A stretch of 63,731 nt of DNA, the filler included, from Hausera hauseri (lineage: Eukaryota), in assembly GCA_046269625.1 (NCBI GenBank). It is 12 parts of 12 records of this genome, joined end to end, with 100 filler letters (N's around TTAATTAATTAA, not from the genome) between each part and the next. Parts side by side here need not be neighbours in the genome. Positions count along the whole stretch, not along the records: positions 27,849 to 32,531 come from JBJURY010476687.1; positions 32,632 to 38,246 come from JBJURY010220297.1; positions 38,347 to 45,638 come from JBJURY010024119.1; 9 more parts are not named here. One strand, given 5' to 3'. The notes beneath the pieces were generated by a model that was not told the DNA's origin, did no database searches, and was given only the letters and a program-made list of their open reading frames with translations. The position numbers were made by a program, and so were the translations under genes. Position 1 is the stretch's first letter; each line of letters begins with the position of its first letter. Positions 27,849 through 39,019 of this stretch are shown one piece after another.

Positions 27849-30800
27849 ACGATAAAGGATAATTTGGAAGGAATATATGGAAAACAAGGTGATATAAGCA
27901 TGATTATCGAGATGCAGGATTTACAAAGGTATGTAAGAGATATTGGCTAATCTAATAACCCACAAGTAATTAAGGGCAGGAAGGAGTAGAAAGAAAAATT
28001 GCAGTAAATGGAAGTTTATCTTGGGTTAAGAGAACCAAAAACCGAGTACGAAAAGGCTATAGCGCTTAGGAATACTAACATGGCCAGAAAGAAAACCTGA
28101 ATCAAGCAGCGGAAAGCTGAATACGGCTTCAAGTGTAGATTTGGACGCAGAAACCGAGGTCAGGTTTCAAGATAAGGACAAAACGACAGATGAAGTTGAG
28201 AGTGAATTCATTAACCCACTAATACTCAAAATAACCAAAAATAGAGGCAAAAGTCCTTCACTTAGGAGAAGGTCAGGAACTTGTTTAAGATCCCCTATTA
28301 AAAAGGCTTTAGGAAAAGAAAAAGACTTCGTCATCAATTCAAGAGACAAGACGGAGTTAAATACTCCTGTTATAACCCAAGACCTTCTGGAAACAACAGA
28401 TATTTTAAATATCAATGAAATTAATGAAGTATATCCATTACCACCTAGTGAAGAGGAATCAGAAGAGGGAAAAATTGTTAAGTTTGGGAAGATTAGAAAA
28501 TCTTGGGAAAATGCAAACGAACTAACCAAAATAAGAGACATATTGAACGATCCTGAAAGGCTACAGGAGAACTTGCAAAAGCTTCAGCAAATGAGCAAAC
28601 AGTTGGATATGTCCGGAAAAGAACAACAATTTATAAAAAGCTATATAAAAAGCTTAAACCTGGCCCTCAGAAAGAGGAAGAAAACACAACTTACGAACTC
28701 CAAAAAACGCCGCAAAACTTGATAAAAAGTTGGCAAAACAAACTGGAACTGTGGACAAGGAGTGGGATTGATTTTACGAAAATATGGTGGAATATAAACG
28801 AACCGTTTCTCAATCAGGTTGATCAAGCCCAAAGACTATTAAACGAACTGAAAAACAACCCAAAACGGAAACGCGTTAGGCGTAATTTAGAAGGATTGAT
28901 AGGTGAGATCGAAGATGTGATAAATTCTTACATCCATAAAAAGCGAGTATATAAACTAACTGATGCCGACTTAGGGATATTGGGCATATCGACATTCCCA
29001 TTTTAATAGCAATGTGCAGCCTAATAAAGGATAGCCTTCGAAAACATCCAGATTTAAAAATACGTATCGAAAGAGAGAATAAAACACGAACCAAAATCAA
29101 TGACTTAAAAATTGGTGTAGCTGAGCTTGAAAACCCAGAGGCACAGCGAATAATACGTGCTTGTCTTCTCGAATTAGATGAGTATAAGGAAGAATTTAAC
29201 TATATGAAACATATCATAGAATTTGCTAGGGGATCAGATCACGAACTAAAAGAAGCTCTTGGGACATTAGACAAAATAATCTATGCTAAACCGGGAATAT
29301 CCAAACAACTAAAGAAGTGGATAGACTTGTTACCTCCCATAGCAGGGATAATAAACGAAAGACTAAGAGAAATAACTGTGGTTGAGCCTATAATTAGACA
29401 CCAATATGAGGGAATGTTACTAGATATCGTCACGATAGAAGATGAAGCTAAATTGCGAATTAAATTTGAATCATTCCGAGAACTTAAGTTTATGAGCAGG
29501 GAGCCAGATCAAACAATATTAACAGAGATATATAGTATGACAGAAGAAAAGGAATTTGATAGAAAAAGAAACAAGCTAAACGATCTTCAGCGAAGTTTAG
29601 CAAACATCCGTTGGGAAGGGATACAGAACCTAATGCAGAAAATCTCAGCACAGGAAATAGAAACATTAGAAGTAAGTAACGATCACCGGATTGCTCTGGC
29701 ACAAACACTACAATATTTGCAGAATCCAGCCGAGTGCACACCAGGTTTCGACCTACATTGCCATACCGAACTAATGGAAATTAAGAAGGATCTTTTGTTG
29801 ACGGGCGACAAAGGCAAGTTCACAGGCAGGCTAAGGACGAAATAAATCCGGACGATGAAATATTAAACCGAAAGTGATCCTACTGTTAACAGAAATGACA
29901 GAAATTGACGAAGTAGTAGCTAAACGACTAGCAAATCCAATACGTCTGGTAAAGGAAACCCGGTTACGCTCCGATAAAAGACAACTCAAGCTAGACGAAT
30001 TACTAAGAGAAACAGAAGTTTACAAGAACAAGTATTCCCTTACGGAATCTGAAATTAACGGCAAAATGGAATTTATACAGAGATGGCAAAGAGATAGAAT
30101 CGCAGAAATGGCAAGTTATCGGGAGAAAGCCCTGATACAACCAGAAGAAATGTGCCGATAAATAACATTGATACAACAAGCGTGCGGAAATGGAGACGGG
30201 TTTAGGGTATCCGTAATAAAAACATTGCAACCGCAGAGAAGAAAATTACGCGAAAGAGTCAAGGTCGGACATGCGGCACTAATAAACTACGATTTACCTG
30301 ACGCAGAGGATGAAACCGAGTGGGATGAGTATCTCCATGGTCTAAACGAACAAAACCAAAAAACTCCGATACAAATTTTTGAGTCACCTATTGGTAGCCA
30401 GAAGATAAAATTCGTCGTGCAAATGCTACTTGATCCCACAATAGCTGAAAAGGAACTGAGCAATGCGTTGAAAATAAACATAAATAAAGATAGGTTTAGG
30501 AAACTGATTCCAACTTTGACTAAGCCATTTAGTAAAAACACCGCATACAGCGCCGTGCCCAAACTTCTAATAAGAGAATATGCTAAATTGCTAAGAAATA
30601 AATTAGAAATAGAAGTCAAAGTGAAGATATCATCCGAACAGATGGATGACGAGGAAATTGAGTGCACTACCTATACCACTGGTGCCGATATAAGACAGCG
30701 GATAATGGATAACGATGATAGGAAAGGAATTAATTATCGGCTATATTTCACAGGTAGTATACTAGATGAGCTAGAATCCTTAATAGACGTAGGGATTATA

Positions 30801-31530
30801 CCCTTTGAGGAAAATCGAATAATAAAAATAATCTCCAGTGAGCAAACCAAAGACGAAGCCATGAGAAAGGCACATATAGAGCATTGCGTTGGAAGGATCA
30901 TGGGACTTCAGGATGCTGCAATGTACTTTGAATACTTACAGACTGATGAGGATAACCCTCAATACGATAAGAATTTAGTCCCACTAAGCGAAACCGCACC
31001 ACCGATGAAAGCGAAACGGCCGGTAGGAAGACCAAGAAAAATAAAATAAATCGACTATAATGCGCATCTGATTAGAGAATTGAGATAACTATCGGTACCT
31101 AACCCAAGTTCCGATAACGAAGAATTGATTGAACTAATGAGACATTTGATAAGGATAGTCAACTATACCGGACTCCAAGGCGACATATTATCCGAGAAGG
31201 AAAGACTAATATATAATATAGCACGGACAATGAAGGCTACACAATTTAAATTATCTAAAAGCACCCTGCCTGACGAAACATTAATCGATAGAATTATGAT
31301 GAATAATACGATGGAGGAACTAAGGAAAGTCTTGATATACTTAGCAGTAAGAACTAACTCCCTCGGGGAAAAAGAATTAAACTAGACAATTGGGTTAGCT
31401 AGAAAAGCTGCTAAAAGGGTACCTAAAAAATAAAATGGACTAAATTATTTGAAAAGGAGGACAATACAAGAAGGATCAATAACTTAGAGGACATAGTAAA
31501 AAATATCTCTCCGAACAAAGGGAGCAAATC
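27849..31530 (+). pseudogene. Decayed long A-rich, K/E-rich reading frame(s) of unknown function upstream of a viral-type glycoprotein; contains an AT-hook-like motif
   Basis: Six co-oriented, closely spaced ORFs. 29874-30161, 30168-31049 and 31125-31385 share one frame broken by isolated stops. KRPVGRPRK at ~31015-31040. Confidence 0.55.
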
Positions 31531-31534
31531 CAAC

Positions 31535-32531
31535 TGGTTAATCAACTTACCGACGATAATGATGCTAGTTAAGCAGATGGGAGTAGTCACTATATATGAC
31601 TGGAATAAATTCAAGGTGGATCAGAAATATTCCTTGATTGGCTTAGAAACATGTGAAGATGCGAGACCCCATAAGCTCTAGACAGTAGAGAAAAACTACA
31701 TACTATATAAACAACGTGAATGAATCTGAATGGATACAACGGAGTGTATGGTACGAAGATTTTGCAGCGTATTTTATTGTGGCAATTGCACGGCCATTTT
31801 TTGATAATTAAACCAACAACACCATTAATTTTGTTAAATGTAGGTAGACAACACTGTTTAGGAGCCCGGACAACCGATAAAATGGTCTGGAACGACATGG
31901 AATTGTAAGCCCAAGAAGGGAAAATAATTAGAGCCTACAAAGCGGCAATAGGAAAATTAAATATGCTCACCGGTTACTGCGTCGGAGCGGAATACAATAC
32001 GGGAAAAGTAATAGAAAGAGGAATATTAGTTGTAGATTTTTATGAAACCGAGTTAAGATCCTTAAAAGCGATGTTTAATAGTGTTACCAAATTATTCACC
32101 GAAAGTCAAAAATGTCAGATTCAAGACGGTGCTTGTATGCTCCGAAGTTCAGTCATTGTATGGAACCCACCTTCCAAGAGAGACTGCAATTTCATCAAGA
32201 TAAAAGAGTTAAAGTTTAATGAGACAACCGGAAAACGTTATACAAATAAATTACACACAAATACCAGATCAAGGGAATATGTTGTAGAACATCTCACACC
32301 AACGATATTGATATCGGATGCACACGGACTGAAGTTTATTAGAAAGGATATGTTAACACGCTGCGATGTAGTTGTGTATGCGACAAATTACGAAGCATTT
32401 TTCGTAGCAGAATCTGAAATCAACATAAAAACGTATGATTTAAAAACGCAAGATATACGGATTGAAGATTACCTCAAAATATAAGTAACTATTTTTATTA
32501 CAAAGGACAAACCGGAATAGCAGAACTATAC
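31535..32531 (+). pseudogene. Chuvirus-G-like (class III/gB-related) fusion glycoprotein N-terminal half, degenerate
   Basis: Hydrophobic leader, then IYDW...YSL...C (cf. AYDC..SL..C), FYCG, GxxxxxxGYCVGAEY, CQIQDGACxxxxSVIVWxxxxxxxC, CDVVVYATNYEAFFV. The cysteine pattern was recognised by eye. Confidence 0.65.
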
Positions 32532-32631
32532 NNNNNNNNNNNNNNNNNNNNNNNNNNNNNNNNNNNNNNNNNNNNTTAATTAATTAANNNNNNNNNNNNN
32601 NNNNNNNNNNNNNNNNNNNNNNNNNNNNNNN

Positions 32632-33101
32632 TCGTCTTTAAGAGACGATGGAAATCTATATGACAATTTATAACAACGTATAATATTAACCTTCATTGAA
32701 TACACGATCACGTATGGAAATGAATAGAAGTCAATAGTATACAGAGCTGTAGGGCAATAGCAATTCGAACTAATTATAATGATATCAACGAAGTCTAGCT
32801 TGAACGACTCTAAGTCGGTTCACTTAAATGATACTGTAACAATGTCAATGTCCATTCTCTGATCAAGCCTGTTTATATGGTAGTATTTCTCGTCGTATGA
32901 CAAATTTTCTAAATTTATCTTGGCATTTTCTGATTTCACATCAAATTATTTACATTCAGATTACTTATCTAATATATACATGATTTCAATTTGCGCACAT
33001 CGATATTTGTAATATTTCTAAAATTAGTTAAATGACGAATTTATGTTTGAAATTCGATTTGTAATAAATCTAAATATATTCCGATGGCTGCCTCTGTTAC
33101 A
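32632..33101 (-). repeat. 3' LTR of the complex Gypsy element (starts TGTAACA at 33101)
   Basis: PPT agggagaaa (33110-33102) immediately precedes TGTAACA. A matching TGTTACA lies at 32841-32835 and TATAAA at 32877-32872. The distal end is uncertain. Confidence 0.65.
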
Positions 33102-33190
33102 TTTCTCCCTGAGCGGCATCCTCGAAGGAGACTATTGCGTCAGAAGAGGTGGCGCCCAACGGCCTAGGTTGTCTTAATCGATTTATTCTT

Positions 33191-33595
33191 TCAGACAGAT
33201 CTGTTGGTGAATTTCGTTGGTCTTGACTGGTTACTCGGGCTTGTGTCCAAATTGTAACTATGGTAAGGTTTGATCTGAACAATTCGTGTGTAACTCTCGT
33301 CGGAGTAGTTTTTCAATTCCGTGACCTCTGCCCGATACACCGGGCATGTTGTCTTCCCGTTGTCGAGTGTCCACTTTTCTAGGCAATCTCGACAGTATTT
33401 GTGGCAGAAATTTTTATTATCTAAAACTACATAGCCTTGCCTTAGGTTTGCATCACATACGGAACATTCGCTATCTTCCTTGTCCCAATTATCTCTATCC
33501 AAGTCAACTTGAATAATTAGTTCGATGGGTTTGAACACGAGACCATCTCCGTCTTGATACAGATATCCATGTATCACCTTTTGTTTGTGGTTCAT
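33191..33595 (-). CDS. RING-finger (C3HC4-like) protein within the LTR element
   Basis: CSVC-x16-CHKYCRDC-x12-CPVYR; the last Cys reads Tyr and the x-H spacing is slightly irregular. Confidence 0.75.
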   Translation of the reverse strand: MNHKQKVIHGYLYQDGDGLVFKPIELIIQVDLDRDNWDKEDSECSVCDANLRQGYVVLDNKNFCHKYCRDCLEKWTLDNGKTTCPVYRAEVTELKNYSDESYTRIVQIKPYHSYNLDTSPSNQSRPTKFTNRSV

Positions 33596-33997
33596 AGCGC
33601 TTTTCCGAGGGTCACAGTTTACTTGGATCTAGGTCCAATATGACATGAGATCTTTATCTAGGTCGGGAATCTTCCATTCTATTTTATATTTCTGGTATTG
33701 TTTCTTTAGCAATATTTGAATTTTTTGAACGGTTCTTTTTGAACGGAAGACTGATGTGAGGTAAGTTCCTAGCTTGGAATTCGCCCATGCGTAGATGTTC
33801 TCAAAGACTTCTCTTGATGGAGCAAGTTTGATGAAAAACGGCTTTTCTTATTATCTTTTTACTGTAATATTCGGTGGTTACCAGCATTGTGGGAAAATCT
33901 TGAGCTGTTCTGCAATGTACGTTTCCTTTTATTCTCTTTCCTATCAAGGCGTTAATTTCAGTTATTATGGGACTCTTAATTCCCCTTTTTAGCAATT

Positions 33998-35477
33998 CTA
34001 TTTTCTGTGAGGTACTTGGCCTGTTTTGTTGGTTCTCCACTTTTTTTCATCATCTTCTCTTTTCTTCTTGAATAGATAGTTATAAATAGATGATGTCTCC
34101 TTAGGTTGGGATTTCTCTTCTAATTTTGGTTTCTTAGTCGTTACTTTCAGTCTCGGTTCTCCTCTTTGTTTCTTTGGTGTAATGTTGCATTTATTTTTCG
34201 TTTGTAAGTCAGTTTTGTTTTCGTCTTGTTTTTCCATGGGTTCTTGTAGTGTAACCATAAGGCTGTGTGTACTTGTGAGCTGGATGGTTCTGGCTGGGAA
34301 ATAAGGCTTGATATTTTTTCTATATTCGGTTTTTATTGTTTTGGGTTTTAAAGAACTACACAGATTATACGTGGCATCTCTGGGAGCCCATTCATGTTCC
34401 CATTTTAAAGATTTGTAACTTTCTTGCAAATATTTGGAACGTTGGCTGGTTGTTAGAAGTCTTGAAATTCTGCTTGAATTACTATTCATTGATTCAATCA
34501 TCAACTTGAAGAAGGCTTCCGGTGTAATCGGCCTATTTCTTCCTTATACGGTATTTTCCATTCCTTTCTGGACCATCGGATGAGTAGCTATTTCCCTAAG
34601 TCCGGCAATATTTCCATCGGATATCCCTAATAGCTCGATTTCCCGTTTTACGTTGTATCCCGTTATCATGCACCCGTAAAGGCAGTAGTCTAACTCGGAA
34701 CGGACCTGTAGAATGTCTTTTCCGCTTATAAGTTGTTCTTTTCTTAACCAAGTTACTTCCGCATATGATTCTTGAACATGTTTACGGAGGTTTATAATGG
34801 TAGAGTAAAGCTCAGTTCCATCTGTTTCTCTGATAGATACTTTGATAGATATCCCATACTCATCGTCTCCTCTTCCACAATTTATCGCCATTATTCTTAT
34901 GTTACGACCAACCTGTACTTGCCCATGTGGTTGGTGGTGTTCGTCCTTCTCCGCTTCTGTTGGGGTTTGTTTGAATTCTAGTACTGGCAAGCCTAAGTTG
35001 CAGTTTTCTCTATGTATCACCTCAAACATGAGTTTAACAGGGAGGGTCGCTATTCTAAATTCTAGACCATGATTGATACTTTCTAGGCCTTATCCGCTTA
35101 TTTTGAATGTATTAAATCGGTATTGGCGGCCTTTATTACAGTTCCATCGTTGGTTCTCTATTCTATAGTATACTTCTCCGTCAGCTAGATAGATAAATAT
35201 ATCTTCCACTTGGGCGATCATATTCCGGATCAGTTCCTTAAGGCCGTACGATTTAGCTTGATTGTTTTCGCGCATCGCGTATAGGATAACTGTGCGGTTC
35301 TCTTCGGTGGCACCTTTCAAGTCATTTGGTATTTCGTTTACTTTCCGGTATTGGACGTACATTTCTGTTTGTTATGCGTCATTTATCCTTCTGTATATGG
35401 CTTTCGATTTGTGAATGAAGACTTGCATATTCTTGTAGGAATTCGTCTATTCTAATTCGGTTGATCATACTTACCAT
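33998..35477 (-). pseudogene. Accessory ORF with an ISG20/REX4-like DEDDh exonuclease fold, catalytic residues altered
   Basis: ORFs 35362-35090, 35029-34544 and 34504-33998 are one frame broken by single TAA codons. Motifs: IMAINC, KVSIRETDGTELYSTII, VTWLRKEQL...VRSELDYCLYGCMITGYNVKREIELLGI, REIATHP. Confidence 0.6.
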
Positions 35478-35507
35478 TCTGAAAGAAAATACAAAATAAG
35501 GGTTAGT
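35469..35507 (-). promoter_or_regulatory. Splice acceptor directly before an ATG, immediately followed by a consensus donor
   Basis: Minus strand: gACTAACccttattttgtattttctttCAG|AATG|GTAAGT. Confidence 0.7.
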
Positions 35508-35576
35508 CCTAAAACAAAGTACTGTTCTAAATCTGAACCAAGTCTTTGTTTGGTAAAATAACCCGATCTGTAGTTG

Positions 35577-36990
35577 TCAGGTTATTCCATCATTGATTTT
35601 TCTCTCTGGTACCATCACCTTTAAGTCTCTCTCGGTGATTTTAGGGCGTTCATTATAACAGTTTTTGGTAATCAATCGACAAAACACAATTAAAGTTATG
35701 AGAGCAAATATTGATGTTACCGTAATTAATATTACTGATAAAGTTGTTCCTTTAGTTAGTTTTTCAGTTCCAACGGTAGTCGAGATTTCGCTTTTCGTTT
35801 CGTCATCGGTCAGTGGTTTCATTAAGACGATCTGGTTTAAAGTTCGTACCGTAATGGTTTTCCTTTGTCTATTTTCTGCACTTATTTGTATAACGTAGTC
35901 TGTTTTATGTTTCAAGTAGATACATTTGATTCGACGACTGCCTTTAACCAATGTTACCTTCTAATTATTATGCACTGCTCGGCAGTTTATTTCTACATCA
36001 TAATTAAGTGCTTCTTGCACCACGAACGTTATTTCATGTTGTTGTGCCCAATATTTTATAGGAATTATTTCTAGCTCCTTTTGAGATAATCCACTCGTCG
36101 GAGTGATTCTGGTGGATATAGAAGTGGTAGTCTTTGCTTTTGTAATTCTACTCGTTATCCTGCGCGGAACTTGTCCGATTGTATTTTCCAATTGGTAACT
36201 TCCTAAATAAATACTTGACTTGTTCAGTCGAACTTCATAAAAGTCTAATTGAATCATATATTTGTCTTTCTGGGGTAAGTTGCACCATCTCTTCGGTCGT
36301 TCGACGTCAATTTGACAGTATTGTTGGTCCGGAGCTGCTTTGTTCTCTTTTATGAATTGAACTGTGATTACTCACCCCTTAATTAATCGCCCTTTTGTGT
36401 TTATTTGAACACAGTTTTCCTTCGGATTTCCCGTTATACTGGCTATATTTTCTTGTAGCATACGTTTTAATGGGTCGTTGGATTGGAGCATATCTTCCAG
36501 CTCTATCTAAAGGTAGTCTCCATAAGTCCGTGGTATAACTAAACGTAAATTCGGTTTTATTTCGGCGTGTACATAATTACAATTTGGCAAATGCGAACGA
36601 TAACTGAGAGCGTAAGTGTCCGTATTCTACGTTGCATCAACTAGTATCATCTTCTGGTTCGAAAGTACACTTGGACTCGGCTCGGTTTAGCCACTCCTGA
36701 AGTAGTATTTGAATTCGACTTTTATATGGTCGTAGTAACCTAAATCCGACACAGTGCTTCTGCCGAAAAATAATCTAATTCTATTGCTCGTAAAAACTTT
36801 TCGTCTTTTTTGCCCGATTTGTGACTGAAACTTTCTTCCTTTTGTGACAATGGTTTCAATCCTCTTTTCCTGATTCAATATACATCGTTCAACGAAGTTT
36901 CATCTACCCACCATTGGGCATTAGATTTGGGTGTTAAAACCGCAATCAATGATAATGCTACTATTATCTGTGCATAAGATACTGGTCTAG
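35577..36990 (-). pseudogene. Type I membrane protein in the env position (signal peptide, Cys-containing ectodomain, FN3-like domain, TM), degenerate
   Basis: QIIVALSLIAVLTPKSNA/QWW is in frame at the end of integrase. LKHKTDYVIQISAENRQRKTITVRT fits the FN3 LxxxTxYxIxVxAxN pattern. TM TLSVILITVTSIFALITLIVFC. Confidence 0.6.
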
Positions 36991-38246
36991 TGACAATCGA
37001 CGAGGTTTTATTTTCTCGCGGTCTTAGACTGTAGTGTTTAGTTGGTCTTATATCCGTTTTAACTACTCTTTGAATCGATACGACTTCCTCTTTTCCACTT
37101 TTGTTAACATAGACTGTAGTTGGCGCTGTGCGGGTGATTTCATAAGGTCCTTTCCCGGTACGTGTTAATTTAAGAGATGCACCTTTCTTCGCGACAGAGT
37201 AATGTATATAAACCCAATTTCCCTTTTCCAGATTATGAGGCTTAGCCTTTTTATCATATTGTTTTTTAAATTGTTCCTGATATTCAAGCAACTTCCCAAC
37301 ACCTTTGCAGTCTTGTCTGTAAGGCTTAGGCAAAGTTTTGCTCGAGATCCTCGAAGTTCTTTTCGTACGGTGTCATACCTAGATCTTCAGGTAAGATTGC
37401 TTCTTGTCCATACATCATAAAGAACGGTGTAAACCCTGTTGCGGGATGGGGTGTCGTATTGATGGCGAATTGTGTTCCTTCTAGGAATTCATCCCAATCT
37501 TTTTGGTATTTTGTCACTACTGTTGATAATATCCGAATAACTTTTGCGTTCATTCGCTCGACCACCCCATTACATTGGGTGATACGCGGTAGTAGTTAAA
37601 CGTTTGATTTCAAATATTTTGGTAATTTTTTCAAATAATTCGCTTATGAAGTTTCTTCCTCTGTCTGTTAAGATTTGTTCTGGTGGTCCGTATCTGCGGA
37701 TAATTTTTCTTACCACTGCGTCGGCTAAAGTTTCTGCTTTTTGATATAATAGTGCCATTAGTTCGACGAAGTTCGTTAGTTGGTCTACGCATGTCAGAAT
37801 GTATTTGTTATTTTTGTGAGTTTTGGGCAAGAGTCCTACTATATTCAGACATAGCTTGCATGGGCCTATCTGGTACGTTTATGGGTTTTAATTCTGCTAC
37901 GTAACCTTTCGTCTTCTTCTGTTTTGTTGCGAACACTTCGCATGCTCCTACCCAATTCCTTACATCAATATAAATACTTGACCAGTGATATTTATTTAAT
38001 ATCCTTTCCAATGTCTTCTTCCAAGACATGTGTCCGGCTAAATATGAATCGTGCTCAGCCATGAGTACTTCTATGCGCAATCCTTTTGGAATAACCATTA
38101 GTCTTCTTCCTTTCCACTCGTAGTATAGGATATTATCTTGGTTCGATGCGCGATATTTATGTTCGTGTTTCTGTAGATACTTTTTCAGTTGCCGTCCTTT
38201 TGGTATTTTGTTATTTTGTATAAACTCGATGATTTTCTGAATAACC
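36991..38246 (-). mobile_element. Ty3/Gypsy integrase (degenerate), same family as 59063-63731
   Basis: HDSYLAGHMSWKK...C, NNKYILTCVDQLT, ILTDRGRNF, TTAYHP, VERMN, NTTPHPATGFTPFFMMYG, GKGPYEI. Confidence 0.93.
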
Positions 38247-38346
38247 NNNNNNNNNNNNNNNNNNNNNNNNNNNNNNNNNNNNNNNNNNNNTTAATTAATT
38301 AANNNNNNNNNNNNNNNNNNNNNNNNNNNNNNNNNNNNNNNNNNNN

Positions 38347-38676
38347 TTGTAGTTGCTCTTGTTGCAGTTGCTGTAGTTGTTTTAGTTGTAGTTGCTGTAG
38401 TTGTAGTTGTTGTAGTTGCAGTTTTTGTAGTTGTAGCTGTTGTAGTTGTAGTTGTTCTAGTTGTTGTAGTTGTAGTTGTTGTTGTTGTAGTTGTTGTTGT
38501 TGTAGTGGTTGTTGTTGTTGTTCTTGTAGTTGTTGTAGTTGTAGATGTTGTAGTATTAGTTGTTGTAGTTGTTATTGTTGTAGTTGTTGTTGTTGTATTT
38601 GTTATTATTGTAGTAGTATTTGTTGTGTTTGTAGTTGTTGTTGTTGTTGTTGTAGTTGTTGTGGTTGTTGTTGTAG

Positions 38677-38716
<40 letters not shown>

Positions 38717-38979
38717 AGTTGAAGTTGTTGTTGTTGTAGCAATTGTAGTTGTAGTGGTTGTAGTTGTAGTTGTTGTAGTTTTAGTTGTTGTAGTTGTATT
38801 TGTTGTATTTGTGGATGTTGTAGTCGTTGTTGTTGTAATTGCTTTTGTTGTAGTTGCTGTTGTTGTTGTTGTTGTTGTTGTATTAGTAGTAGTAGTTGTT
38901 GTTGTTGTTGTTTTTGTTGTAGTTGTTGTTGTAGTGGTTGTAGTTGTAGTTGTTGTAGTTGCTGTTGTTGTAGTTGTCG

Positions 38980-39019
<40 letters not shown>

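Noticed and set aside
18594-38246. One giant virus or composite element combining Gmr1 pol, pPolB, glycoprotein and the Gypsy cassette
   Set aside because: The parts lie on four separate contigs joined by artificial linkers.
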